From the NCBI GenBank assembly GCA_965200065.1, contig CBDATF010000001.1, forward strand, positions 986,012 through 1,050,011: DNA of 64,000 bases, in the 5' to 3' direction. Source of the stretch: Dehalococcoidia bacterium (GTDB lineage: Bacteria; Chloroflexota; Dehalococcoidia; Lucifugimonadales; Lucifugimonadaceae). The notes beneath the pieces are model-generated. The model had not been told where the DNA came from. It made no database searches and saw only the letters and a list, made by a program, of their open reading frames with translations. This document shows positions 46,412-56,227 of this stretch, one piece after another (positions within the stretch are counted from its first letter, which is position 1; every line of letters starts with the position of its first letter). Position numbers and translations under genes: made by a program.

Positions 46412-47422
46412 CTACCAGTCAGCCGTTACGATACTGTTGGAACCCTTAAGCAAGCGTTCCTGCAGTCCCGAATCATGGTTCATCGCGAATAGGTGATACT
46501 TCCCGTCGGTATCGGAGCGGAACAGCACTTCCTCGCCATTGAGCGACCATTTCGGATCAGCATCGGCAAAGCGGTTTTGCGTCATCCGTCGCGTAGTCTT
46601 GCTTTCAGTTTCGATGGAGTAGATCTCTGGATTGCCATCGTGCCCCGCAACATAGATGATCCGCTTGCTGTCGGGTGCCCACTCAAAATCGGTTTCATCG
46701 CCCGGCTCATCAGTCAGCACTTTCGCCTCGCCAAGGTCAGAGTTCGGCTCGACGAGAATAGTGTAGATGTCGGTAGTGCCATCTGGCTGCTGTCGCGCAA
46801 AAGCAACGTTCTTGCCGTCGTACGAGAAGCGCGGACGGCTATCGTCGGAGTCGGTCAACTGCACTTCGTCTACACCTTTGACGGAGCGCTTGAAGATGCC
46901 CTTAGTGCCGTCGAGTATCAAGCACATGACGATCCATCGGTTGTCGCCGGACCAGTTGCCAAGCTCGATATTGCCAACCGGCTCTGAAGCCAGCAACGTC
47001 GTATCCTCTTCCACAAAATCGTAGACATACACCTCAGTGCGAGGTTCATCTGCAGAGTTAGACTGATAGGCGATCATCCTGGAATCGGGCGACCAGAAAA
47101 AGTCTTTGACCTGCCCCGTGCTGCCCGGAACGCGCTCGGAGTTGCCCGTCTCGCGTCGCCATATCTTGAGCTGCCCGGCTTCACCCTCTTCACTCGCAAG
47201 GTAGGCGAGACTGGAGCGATTGGGCGCCCACTTGATGTTCGATACGGGATCTGAGATGACTTTGGAAGTTTCGCCCGATCGATCGAGCAGATATACGTGC
47301 CCCTGCTCGTTTTCTGAGACGTAAGCGACGTCGTGAGCTAAATCGTCGTTGCCACAAGCGAACAGCGCGGCAGTCATTGCCAAGCTAGCGATTATCAGGA
47401 CGGACTTGAACGCGTAACGCAT
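46412..47422 (-). CDS. TolB-like / PD40-repeat beta-propeller lipoprotein
   Basis: Start reassigned to ATG 47422 (MRYAFKSVLIIASLAMTAALFACGND, signal peptide plus lipobox), with GGAG 6 nt upstream. PD40-type repeats are present (WSPDSRMIAYQS, FSYDGKNVAFA, WAPDSKRIIYVA, WSLNGEEVLFRS). The longer ORF to 47752 would overlap the divergent LLM gene. Confidence 0.75.
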   Translation of the reverse strand: MRYAFKSVLIIASLAMTAALFACGNDDLAHDVAYVSENEQGHVYLLDRSGETSKVISDPVSNIKWAPNRSSLAYLASEEGEAGQLKIWRRETGNSERVPGSTGQVKDFFWSPDSRMIAYQSNSADEPRTEVYVYDFVEEDTTLLASEPVGNIELGNWSGDNRWIVMCLILDGTKGIFKRSVKGVDEVQLTDSDDSRPRFSYDGKNVAFARQQPDGTTDIYTILVEPNSDLGEAKVLTDEPGDETDFEWAPDSKRIIYVAGHDGNPEIYSIETESKTTRRMTQNRFADADPKWSLNGEEVLFRSDTDGKYHLFAMNHDSGLQERLLKGSNSIVTADW

Positions 47423-47617
47423 TGTTTCTCCGATCTTCGAGATATGAGCCGTGTGTCTGGATAGACGGATTGGTGAAATGAGAACCGATTGCAATAAAGA
47501 TTCTGGAAGATTCACCCTTGCCGTTGCAATGGATGTAGATACAACTACAATCGCGTAACCAGGACTGACCCAAAAGGACTGACTGGCCAGAACCGACTGG
47601 ATACTGGGGATTGAAAT

Positions 47618-48787
47618 ATGAAGTACGCGTTCTTCATGATGCCGTTGCACACGCCGAACGAGAATCCCTCGCTGGCGTTTGAACGCGACATCGACATGAT
47701 CAACTACGCCGAGAAGCTTGGTTTCGACGAGTACTTCATCGGCGAGCACCACTCAGCAGCGTGGGAAACTATGCCCGCGCCAGAGATGGTGCTGGCAAAA
47801 GCATCTGCCACGGCGACGCGCATCACGCTGGGCACTGGCGTCGTCTCATTGCCGTTTCACCATCCATTCCATGTTGCCGAACGCTTCGCCTTTCTCGATC
47901 ATCTGACGCGCGGACGCACCGTGCTGGGAGTGGGTCCAAGCGGCTTGCCGACAGATCCGCAACGCTTTAAAATCCCCGGTAAAGACCTGAATGCGATGAT
48001 GCGCGAATCTACCGACATCATCGTCAAACTGCTCGAATCACCAGACCCGATCTCGTATGAAGGGCAGTACTGGACGATTAACGACATGGCGCTTCAGCTG
48101 CGTTCTTATCAGCAACCGCGCTTGAAGTTAGCAACGCCATCCGTCGGCAGCAAGCGCTCGCTCGATTTTGTCGCCCAGTATGAGATGATGATGTTCTCCA
48201 TCGCCGGCGGCGGACCTCCGGGCGCGGTCCCACTCGCGCGTCAATGGGATGAAGTAGTGGATGCGGCCGCGCGCCACGGCACTTCGCCAAGCAAGGACGA
48301 CTGGCGCGTTGTGACATACGTGCACCTGGCCGATACTCGTGAAGAAGCCATCGAACAGGCGCGGCAGGGCGCAGTAAGGGATGTGCACAACTACTTCTAC
48401 ACCATCAACACGCCCCGTGGATGGTTGGTGCGACCCGATCAGCGACCTGAAGATTTGACGTTTGAAGAGATAGTAGAGAGCAAGCGCTGGATCGTCGGAA
48501 CTCCCGAAGATGCCATCGAGCAGATAGAGGCGCTGGTCGACGAGACGGACGGCATCGGCGGGCTGATGCTGACGACGCATGAATGGATGCCGATGCGACA
48601 TGTGATGTACTCCCAAGAGCTGTTCGCGCGCTACGTGATGCCGCGCTTCCGCGGGCACACCGCAGACCTCGAGCGAGAATGGGAGCGGACGACGGCGGAT
48701 CGCGCCGCGGGAAGGATCCCCAACATCCACGCGCCGGACGATGGTAGCGACGATGGCACTAAGAGCAATGTCTTTGTGAATATCTGA
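47618..48787 (+). CDS. Luciferase-like (LLM-class) flavin-dependent oxidoreductase
   Basis: 389 aa with N-terminal AEKLGFDEYFIGEHHS and a TIM-barrel LLM pattern (LDHLTRGRTVLGVG). Confidence 0.85.
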   Translation: MKYAFFMMPLHTPNENPSLAFERDIDMINYAEKLGFDEYFIGEHHSAAWETMPAPEMVLAKASATATRITLGTGVVSLPFHHPFHVAERFAFLDHLTRGRTVLGVGPSGLPTDPQRFKIPGKDLNAMMRESTDIIVKLLESPDPISYEGQYWTINDMALQLRSYQQPRLKLATPSVGSKRSLDFVAQYEMMMFSIAGGGPPGAVPLARQWDEVVDAAARHGTSPSKDDWRVVTYVHLADTREEAIEQARQGAVRDVHNYFYTINTPRGWLVRPDQRPEDLTFEEIVESKRWIVGTPEDAIEQIEALVDETDGIGGLMLTTHEWMPMRHVMYSQELFARYVMPRFRGHTADLEREWERTTADRAAGRIPNIHAPDDGSDDGTKSNVFVNI

Positions 48788-48836
48788 CCCGGGATAAATC
48801 GGCACAAATTGACACAGCATAAAAAGTGAGATTGCT

Positions 48837-50198
48837 ATGGTAACACTCGAACAGTTAATTGAAGAGGTAGACGCTTCGGCCGCCGAGATCGTTGAGCTTG
48901 AACGCCAGATGATACAGATACCGACCGTCAACACCGGTCAGATGCCGACGGGAAACGAGACCGAGTTGGCGGAGTTCATTCAAGAATGGTTTCATGCTGA
49001 GGGCATCATTGACACTCAGATACTGGCACGGGATCCCGAAAGAGGCAACATCATCGCCGTGTATCCCGGCAGTGAGCCACGATGCCGATTGATGTTCATG
49101 TCGCACACCGATGTGGTGCCGGTCGAAGATGAATCGAAGTGGTCATGGGATCCCTTTGGAGCACAAGTTTCTGCCGGACGCATCTACGGGCGCGGCGCTT
49201 CCGACTGCAAAGCCTTGTTGACGGCGCAGATGATGGCGATGGCGATACTGAAACGCAACAAAGTTGAACTCAAGCACGGACTACGCCTAGTCAGCGGCGC
49301 GGACGAGGAGCATGGCGGACGCTGGGGCTTCGGCTGGCTGGCCGATAATCACCCCGAATCGCTGGAGTGCGACTTCGCCGTCAACGAGGGCGGCGGCACC
49401 CCAGTCGAGCAGGGCGGCGCACTTTCGTATCTGCTCGGCACGGGCGAAAAGGGGCGGCTTGAGATCAAGATCACTCTAAAAGGTGAGAGCGCTCATGCAT
49501 CCGTGCCCTGGCAGGGAGTGAACGCCTCGAATCGCCTGTGGAGAGTGCTGGAACGAATCGAGAACTACACCCCTGAGATCGATACCTCATTGCCGATATT
49601 CGAGTATCTGAACCTCTTTGGCATCGAAGAGCGTCCCAACCCGGAGAATATCGACCGCATCATCGGTGATCTGGAGCCGGAATCGCCACGTCTCGCATCG
49701 TTGCTACGTGCCCTTTCTCGCATGGTATGGACACCGACAATGGTCAGCGGCGGCATCAAGTCGAACAGCGTGCCAGAACACATCACCGTAACCTGCGATG
49801 TCCGGACGTTGCCGTTCCAAGATGAGGAGTATGTGCGAAGCGAGATCGAAAAGACGATCGGAGACGTGCCGGGAGTCGACGTAGAGATCGACTACATGTC
49901 GGTGCCCAACTCCTCGCCCTTTGAGACGGACCTAGCCGCGGCCATTAAGCAGGCACAAGCATTAGCGGTATCTCGTGACGACATTCAATGGATACCGGCA
50001 ATCAGCAACGGCTTCACCGATTCGAGGTTTACTCGGAATCTAGGCATCATCACCTACGGATTTGCCGGAACGCATCCCGACGACGACCCGATGCTCTCAC
50101 GTGCACACGGCACTGACGAGTCGGTTGGCATCGAATCACTCATCAGCGGTACCAAGTGCATGATCGCACTGGCATGGGACCTATGTGAGGCTCAGTAA
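48837..50198 (+). CDS. M20-family metallopeptidase / deacylase (ArgE/DapE/CPG2-like)
   Basis: 453 aa with metal-ligand motifs MSHTDVVP, GRGASDCK and SGADEEHGG. Confidence 0.85.
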   Translation: MVTLEQLIEEVDASAAEIVELERQMIQIPTVNTGQMPTGNETELAEFIQEWFHAEGIIDTQILARDPERGNIIAVYPGSEPRCRLMFMSHTDVVPVEDESKWSWDPFGAQVSAGRIYGRGASDCKALLTAQMMAMAILKRNKVELKHGLRLVSGADEEHGGRWGFGWLADNHPESLECDFAVNEGGGTPVEQGGALSYLLGTGEKGRLEIKITLKGESAHASVPWQGVNASNRLWRVLERIENYTPEIDTSLPIFEYLNLFGIEERPNPENIDRIIGDLEPESPRLASLLRALSRMVWTPTMVSGGIKSNSVPEHITVTCDVRTLPFQDEEYVRSEIEKTIGDVPGVDVEIDYMSVPNSSPFETDLAAAIKQAQALAVSRDDIQWIPAISNGFTDSRFTRNLGIITYGFAGTHPDDDPMLSRAHGTDESVGIESLISGTKCMIALAWDLCEAQ

Positions 50199-50203
50199 GC
50201 ACG

Positions 50204-50980
50204 ATGTCTCGCAAACGGACGTCATCCCAATTGGTCACCACTGCGGATTGTTTAGCTGAAGAACTGGCCTTGCACGCTTCGGCAGAGCGCGCGGAAAATG
50301 AAAAGCGGTATCTGAAATCAGATATCGAGCATCTCGGTGTAAGAGTTCCGCAAACTCGGAAAATCGCACGCCAATTTGCACGTAAAAATCGAGATATGGA
50401 CAACTCGGAACTGCTGGCGCTGGTCGAGGAGTTATGGGACCGGGATGTATACGAGCTCCGGAAAGTAGCGGTCAACATCCTCGCCGCTAGAACGGACATC
50501 CTCGGGTCAGATGATGTCGCAAAGATCGAGTCGCTACTCAGACGCAGTCATACCTGGGCATTAATCGACGACTTGTCGATCAACGTGGTGTACCCGATGC
50601 TGGCCGAACTAGATGATGCTGTAGATATCCGTTCCCGATGGGCAGTAGACGACGACTTCTGGGTGCGACGCACGGCGATGTTAGGCTTGCTTCCCGGTTT
50701 GCGACGGGGCTTGGACGACTGGGAGGAGTTTACGCAGTATGCCGATGCCATGCTGTATGAAACCGAGTTCTTCATCCGCAAGGCGATGGGTTGGGTGTTG
50801 CGCGAAGTATCCAAGCATTCGCCCGAACTGGTCGCCGACTGGATGATGCCACGGGCCGCTCTGGCATCTGGCGTCACCTATCGCGAGGCCGTCAAATACC
50901 TCTCCCTTGAGCAGCGAGACGCCATCAATGAATTGCGGAAGCAACAGACAAAGACATCACGAAAGAAGATAACTAGATGA
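50204..50980 (+). CDS. DNA alkylation repair (AlkD/AlkC-like HEAT-repeat) protein
   Basis: 258 aa; KRYLKSDIEHLGVRVPQTRKIARQF and FIRKAMGWVLRE resemble the DNA_alkylation family. Confidence 0.75.
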   Translation: MSRKRTSSQLVTTADCLAEELALHASAERAENEKRYLKSDIEHLGVRVPQTRKIARQFARKNRDMDNSELLALVEELWDRDVYELRKVAVNILAARTDILGSDDVAKIESLLRRSHTWALIDDLSINVVYPMLAELDDAVDIRSRWAVDDDFWVRRTAMLGLLPGLRRGLDDWEEFTQYADAMLYETEFFIRKAMGWVLREVSKHSPELVADWMMPRAALASGVTYREAVKYLSLEQRDAINELRKQQTKTSRKKITR

Positions 50981-52740
50981 GTGACCGCGGGAAATCACGT
51001 CTACCAAACATCGTCTTCATCATGACCGATCAGTTGAAGTGGTCGGGCTTGCAGATGTATTCGGATATCGGCATCGAAACGCCATCGCTAGAGCGTCTAG
51101 CAGCCGACGGCGTCATGTATCGACATGCCGTCACGCCCCATCCCTTGTGCGTGCCGGCTCGGACATCGATGATGACGGGACGCTATCCTCACTCGACCGG
51201 TTGCCGTCGCAACGAGACGCTCATGCCCGACAGTGAGACGCACGCCTTTCAGATCTGGCGCGAAGCCGGATACACGACGGGATTGATAGGTAAGAACCAC
51301 TGCTTCACTGATCTGGACGTCTTCGATGTCTACTGCGATCTTTCACATGGCGGCTTGCCACAAGGCACCTATCTCGGCGGTATCGCAGAGGTGCGGGGCA
51401 TGGAGTGGGTACGGCCGATTCAGGCGATCAATGCCGCACACGAGACGAGGGTGAACCTGCAAGACAACGCACAAAGCCCAACCATCGCATACGCAGTGTC
51501 GGACCATCCACTGGAAGATTACGGATCGAGTGTCATAACGGCCCAGACGGAGGCATTTCTCGATCGGGTGGCTGAAGGCGAGCGCTGGGGGCGAGCAGGT
51601 GGCGATAGTGATGATGATCAGCAGTGTCCCTTCGCGCTCCTTGTCTCTTATCCCGATCCTCACGAACCGCGCGAGGCCCCGCGCCAGTACTGCGAGATGT
51701 TTCCGCCCGATGAGATAAAGCTGCCGCCGACGCGCCGCGGCGAGTTCGATGCCTCAGGTGGTTTAGAGCACCTAGGTGATGCGCCATATCCGCCCAGCGG
51801 TAAGGTAAGTCCAGCGCCTGAAGTTAATCGCGTCCTCTACGAAATGATGGGCATGGACGACGACTCGGAGCAGGACATCCGCAATCTGGTGTCGGTGAAT
51901 CATGCCATGACGCGATTGGTAGACGATGGCATCGGCCGAATCCTTGACAAGCTGGAATCGCTGGGGATGATGGAAGACACCATAATCGTCTTCACCTCCG
52001 ATCATGGCGACTTCATGGCAGAGCACAACATGGCCGTCAAGGGCGGAGTGTTCTACGACTGTCTGACCAGAGTGCCGCTCATAGTGTCGTATCCCAAAGG
52101 CAATGTGCCGAGTGGGGCCATCGACGAGACGATGGTCAACACCATCGACATCCTGCCGACTCTGTTGGAGTTGCAGGGCCTGGCAGACATGCGTGGTATC
52201 GACGATGCATGGGAAGCGGGTAGTGAATCGGTAGTTGCGTCTACTAAGACTGACGACGCGGCTTCAACTTTGGATCGTGATGGCAGAGTGAAACGCGATT
52301 TGTTGCGACGTATTCAGGGCAAGCCATTGCCTTCGGCTACTGACGCAACGCCGCGCGCCGCAGCATTCTCAGAGTATGGCTCGGGCGGTCCGCCGGTGAC
52401 GATGTCGCATCTGGCCCAGTATGAAAGGCCGTTTGGATATCACACTTTGATTGCGACGTTGTGGGGGCGTGAGGCTCAGGGACGACGCAAGATGGTGCGT
52501 ACCGTCGAGTGGAAGTATGTCACCGACCCGATGGCGGAAGGTGCGGGAAGCAGGGCCGGCGCTGACCCTGAAGATGAGCTCTACGATCTGGTGAACGATC
52601 CTTGGGAGCTGTACAACGTTGCACATGATCCGAAGAATGCGGATGTTGTCTCTGATATGAGACGGCACCTCGCATCGTGGATGATCGAAACTGAGGGCTC
52701 GGAGCCAGTACCGTTGCCCGACACCATCGGTAGGTCCTAG
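50977..52740 (+). CDS. Sulfatase (Cys-type, formylglycine-dependent)
   Basis: 587 aa with PNIVFIMTDQ and the CXPXR signature CVPARTSMMTGRYP, plus GKNH and SDHGD metal/active-site motifs. Its ATG overlaps the upstream stop (ATGA). Confidence 0.85.
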   Translation: MSDRGKSRLPNIVFIMTDQLKWSGLQMYSDIGIETPSLERLAADGVMYRHAVTPHPLCVPARTSMMTGRYPHSTGCRRNETLMPDSETHAFQIWREAGYTTGLIGKNHCFTDLDVFDVYCDLSHGGLPQGTYLGGIAEVRGMEWVRPIQAINAAHETRVNLQDNAQSPTIAYAVSDHPLEDYGSSVITAQTEAFLDRVAEGERWGRAGGDSDDDQQCPFALLVSYPDPHEPREAPRQYCEMFPPDEIKLPPTRRGEFDASGGLEHLGDAPYPPSGKVSPAPEVNRVLYEMMGMDDDSEQDIRNLVSVNHAMTRLVDDGIGRILDKLESLGMMEDTIIVFTSDHGDFMAEHNMAVKGGVFYDCLTRVPLIVSYPKGNVPSGAIDETMVNTIDILPTLLELQGLADMRGIDDAWEAGSESVVASTKTDDAASTLDRDGRVKRDLLRRIQGKPLPSATDATPRAAAFSEYGSGGPPVTMSHLAQYERPFGYHTLIATLWGREAQGRRKMVRTVEWKYVTDPMAEGAGSRAGADPEDELYDLVNDPWELYNVAHDPKNADVVSDMRRHLASWMIETEGSEPVPLPDTIGRS

Positions 52741-52768
52741 CCACGGTCATTGTTGCCGCGGTGTTTTA

Positions 52769-53911
52769 TCAGTAGATGCCGCGCGGCTCCATACCGAGGA
52801 AGAACTGCCCAGCAGTTTCATAGTGTGTCGGACGTCCCTGTATCTGCTGTCTGATGGCGTGTACATCATCGAAACAGCGTTGGATTGTGCTCGATTCGAA
52901 TATGGCGCTGGAGCCGGAGAGGGTATACGCCGCGTTGACAACATCAGCCGCCGTGCGGATAGCGTGAGTGCCGGCGAGTCTGACGCGGATGCGTTCATCA
53001 GTTGGCAATTCGCCAAGATTTACCGCCGCGTGCCACATATCTTTAGTCGCCTCTTCCAGAAAGGCGCGTGCCGAGTTCCAAGACGCTTCCGCCTCGCCAA
53101 TCGCACGCTGGACGGTGCTATCGACACTCAAGACGTTTGCGGTGCCGAATGCGACCTTCTGCTTAGTCAACTCAATCGTCGAGTCGATCCCGGTTCTAGC
53201 AACGCCCAATGCTACAGTGGCGAAGCCGGATGCGAACATGGGCGTAGTGTGGATGACGTAGAGCGGACCCGGTTCTCTCGAAGGCTCTTCCAGACCGTAC
53301 GCGCGTTCATCGGGAACGAAAACCGCATCGGCCTTGAAGCTGAGGCTCGCAGTTCCGCGCAACCCGCCGACGTACCACTCGTCGACGACCTCTACCTGAT
53401 GCTTCGGTATCAGGAACGTCCGCAACGTCTTGGCATCAGTGCCGTCAGCGTGGTAGACCGGCGCTAAAGCCGCGACCCAGGAGGCGTGGGATATCCCGCT
53501 GCTGAAGTCCCAACGTCCGGAGAGTAGATAGCCATTGTCCGTCTCGACCGCTTTGGAGCCGCGCGTTGGCGGGCCGTTAGTCACCACGACTTGCGGGTCG
53601 CCCCATACCTCTTCCGCGGCCGCGGCGCTGATGCGGACTGCGTTGGTTGAAAAGACGTTGTTCTGGTTGATGCACCACCCAACACTTGCATCGGCTTGGG
53701 CGAAGATACTTACGATCTTGAGAAAATCGGGATGGTCCAGTTCGGATCCGCCGAGAGAGCGGGGCAGCAACAGACGGAAGAAGCCGGCATCAATCATCGG
53801 CTGCACTACATCTTCAGGTATCCGCCGCTCCGAATTGATGCGTCCCGCGGCGAGAGCGACCGTAGATGATATGTCGCGGGCTTCGGCGACGAGGGTCTCG
53901 AACGTCTTCAT
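52769..53911 (-). CDS. Acyl-CoA-dehydrogenase-fold flavoprotein (possibly a two-component flavin monooxygenase)
   Basis: 380 aa. The N-terminal pattern ERRIPEDVVQPMIDAGFFRLLLPRSLGGSE...ADASVGWC is typical of ACAD type-2 and group-D monooxygenase proteins. Confidence 0.7.
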   Translation of the reverse strand: MKTFETLVAEARDISSTVALAAGRINSERRIPEDVVQPMIDAGFFRLLLPRSLGGSELDHPDFLKIVSIFAQADASVGWCINQNNVFSTNAVRISAAAAEEVWGDPQVVVTNGPPTRGSKAVETDNGYLLSGRWDFSSGISHASWVAALAPVYHADGTDAKTLRTFLIPKHQVEVVDEWYVGGLRGTASLSFKADAVFVPDERAYGLEEPSREPGPLYVIHTTPMFASGFATVALGVARTGIDSTIELTKQKVAFGTANVLSVDSTVQRAIGEAEASWNSARAFLEEATKDMWHAAVNLGELPTDERIRVRLAGTHAIRTAADVVNAAYTLSGSSAIFESSTIQRCFDDVHAIRQQIQGRPTHYETAGQFFLGMEPRGIY

Positions 53912-53929
53912 TCGATTGCAGTAAGCAAG

Positions 53930-54211
53930 TTACGTCAAATCGTCGGGAACTACGATGTCGGTCTCAAGTTCGAGCGGCGTGCCCGGGAAGAAGTCGCGCC
54001 ACGGCTCGAACTGCTCTACGAACATCATCCCATGCTCCATCGACGGGAGATTCTTAACTGAACGCCCCGGATCGTAACCAAGCGTCTTAGCCATCGCCTC
54101 GATGCCGCCGCGCCGAGTATGCCGCACGCCACCGACGTTATACATGTCGCCCGAATCGTCTTGGACGATAAGGTCGTAACCTCTTTTTCGCTGTCTCCAG
54201 AATAGTCTCAC
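53930..54211 (-). CDS. Hypothetical protein (93 aa)
   Basis: GTG-start ORF packed 15 nt after coaBC and 18 nt before the ACAD-fold gene. The composition looks protein-like. No recognisable motifs. Confidence 0.4.
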   Translation of the reverse strand: MRLFWRQRKRGYDLIVQDDSGDMYNVGGVRHTRRGGIEAMAKTLGYDPGRSVKNLPSMEHGMMFVEQFEPWRDFFPGTPLELETDIVVPDDLT

Positions 54212-54226
54212 GCTGTACCCAGACCT

Positions 54227-55465
54227 TTAGGTTTCCAGATTGTCGGTCAGGTGTGGTTTCACCCTATCTAGTATCGCATCACCAACATCGTACTTACTCA
54301 TCAGCGGCAACGGCTCTATCGTGCCGTCTGCGTAAACCATATCAACTCGGTTAGTGTCGGTGCCGAATCCGCTGCCCGGATCGGTAACATCGTTCGCAAC
54401 GGTGAGGACAGCGCCTTTCGATGCCATCTTCGCCGCGCCCTTCGTTGCCGCATCGCCAGTCTCGGCCGCAAATGCTACGCGTACCAGACGTTTTCCGACG
54501 GCCTGCGTCATCCAGTCTTCTACCGCTTCAAGTGCAATCCTTAAACCGCTGCGGTCTCGCTTCTTGATCTTTTCTGTTGACTTTGAGGCGGGTCGAAAGT
54601 CGGAGATTGCAGCTGCCATGACCAACACGTCGGCATCTGCACAGGCCGGTATCGTGGCATTTCGCATCTCATCTACGGTGCTGACGTGACTCGTCTCGAT
54701 GCCCCACGGCGTGCGAATCCCAGTAGCCGCGGTGATGAGCACTGTCTCGGCTCCCCGATCGCGTGCCGCTTCTGCAACTGCATATCCCATCTTGCCCGTG
54801 GAGCGATTAGTGATGACGCGCACCGGGTCGATAGCTTCTCTAGTGCCGCCGGCAGTTACAACTACGCGTCGTCCGTTTAGATCGCCATAGCGTTTGCCGA
54901 TGGCGGCGCGGACGGCATCGACAACATCTGCCGGCTCGCTCATGCGACCGTGGCCAATCAGACCGGAAGCCATGCGTCCCGATTCGGGTCCGACTATCAA
55001 TGCGCCTAATGAACGTAACGTGGCGACATTGTTCTGAGTAGTTGCGGATCCGAACATGTCTGCATCCATAGCCGGCGCTACGACAAGTGGCGCATCTGAT
55101 GCCAACACGGTCGCTGTCAGCGCATCGTCGGTGATGCCCAGGGCCAGTTTGGCGAGCAGGTTTGCTGTAGCCGGTGCAATTACGATGCAATCGGCTTTGC
55201 TGCCGAGGGATACATGATCGATGCTGATGTCGCTCTCTTGATTCCAGAGCGAGGTAGTAACTGGGTTCTGGCTCAACGCCGCGAAGGTGGCGCTACCCAC
55301 AAATCGTTGCGCCGCTTCTGTCAGCACGACATCTACTCTGGCGCCTAGCTGCACCAGCGCCGAGGTGACGTAAGCGGCCTTGTAAGCCGCGATCGAGCCA
55401 GACACACCGACGACGATACGACGACCAGATAGGGGCAGACTTGCGGATGTTGGGGTGAGTGCCAT
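54227..55465 (-). CDS. coaBC: Bifunctional phosphopantothenoylcysteine decarboxylase / phosphopantothenate-cysteine ligase
   Basis: 412 aa. Flavoprotein N-terminal half (IVVGVSGSIAAYKA). CoaB C-terminal half (ITNRSTGKMG, AAISDF). Confidence 0.95.
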   Translation of the reverse strand: MALTPTSASLPLSGRRIVVGVSGSIAAYKAAYVTSALVQLGARVDVVLTEAAQRFVGSATFAALSQNPVTTSLWNQESDISIDHVSLGSKADCIVIAPATANLLAKLALGITDDALTATVLASDAPLVVAPAMDADMFGSATTQNNVATLRSLGALIVGPESGRMASGLIGHGRMSEPADVVDAVRAAIGKRYGDLNGRRVVVTAGGTREAIDPVRVITNRSTGKMGYAVAEAARDRGAETVLITAATGIRTPWGIETSHVSTVDEMRNATIPACADADVLVMAAAISDFRPASKSTEKIKKRDRSGLRIALEAVEDWMTQAVGKRLVRVAFAAETGDAATKGAAKMASKGAVLTVANDVTDPGSGFGTDTNRVDMVYADGTIEPLPLMSKYDVGDAILDRVKPHLTDNLET

Positions 55466-55480
55466 CAGTCTGGCTCTTTG

Positions 55481-56194
55481 CTAATGACGCTGGACTACGA
55501 ACTGGTCGGGCAGTTCAACCTGTTTTTCACCCGAACGGTAACCCATGACCGTCTCGAAGATCGCTTCTACTTCCGGCCGTTGAAGCATGGTCGGCACGTC
55601 AATATTCAGGTCTTCGTTGCCCTCTACTCGCACGAGAAGCCTTGAGCCTAGGGAGGATCGGAATCTGAAGCCCAGATTCCAGAATCGAGCGAGTTCGATC
55701 TCTACCGATCGCGCCCTCAAAGTCAGCGCGTCCTTAGTTTTGAAGTCGACGCCAATACGTGCGCGCTGCAACGTCATCCGCTCTCCCTGCCAGCGATAGT
55801 GTGCCTCGAGGTGCAGAAAGTCGTTCACGAATGGGAGACAAGCATCAGGGTCCGGTCCGGCGTAACTTCTCGGACCGATTGTGAATTTGACGCCGACGAT
55901 GCGGTTTGTGCCATGGATCACGCCGTAGGTTCTGATGTCCGCATTCGTAATCGTTATGTCCGTCAGCTGATCGGTCGGCCAGAAGTCTTGGGAGCGCCAC
56001 ACCCACTCGACGCGCCGGTCTCTAACGGCGATTATGTGATCCAGCAGCCGAAACTCATCGTTCTCGACGACGTGGTGAAGCATCAAATCTTCACGCTGAC
56101 TGCGCTCGTATTCAGTCGGTCGGATCTTTGACCTCGCCCTCTGGACGTATACGTCGATGATCTCTTCTAAAGTCGGTTTCGTGTTCTGGATCAT
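55481..56194 (-). CDS. Hypothetical protein (237 aa), no recognisable domain
   Basis: Clean ORF packed tightly between nnr (33 nt upstream) and coaBC (15 nt downstream) on the same strand. No P-loop, metal or cofactor motif visible. Confidence 0.55.
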   Translation of the reverse strand: MIQNTKPTLEEIIDVYVQRARSKIRPTEYERSQREDLMLHHVVENDEFRLLDHIIAVRDRRVEWVWRSQDFWPTDQLTDITITNADIRTYGVIHGTNRIVGVKFTIGPRSYAGPDPDACLPFVNDFLHLEAHYRWQGERMTLQRARIGVDFKTKDALTLRARSVEIELARFWNLGFRFRSSLGSRLLVRVEGNEDLNIDVPTMLQRPEVEAIFETVMGYRSGEKQVELPDQFVVQRH

Positions 56195-56227
56195 GGTTGA
56201 GTCAAATCCGTTGAGCCGCGATGATGC

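Noticed and set aside
46412-47752. Full 446-aa version of the TolB-like ORF.
   Set aside because: The first 110 codons are non-protein-like and would overlap the divergent LLM gene start at 47618. An internal ATG at 47422 has a GGAG RBS and begins a textbook lipoprotein signal peptide.
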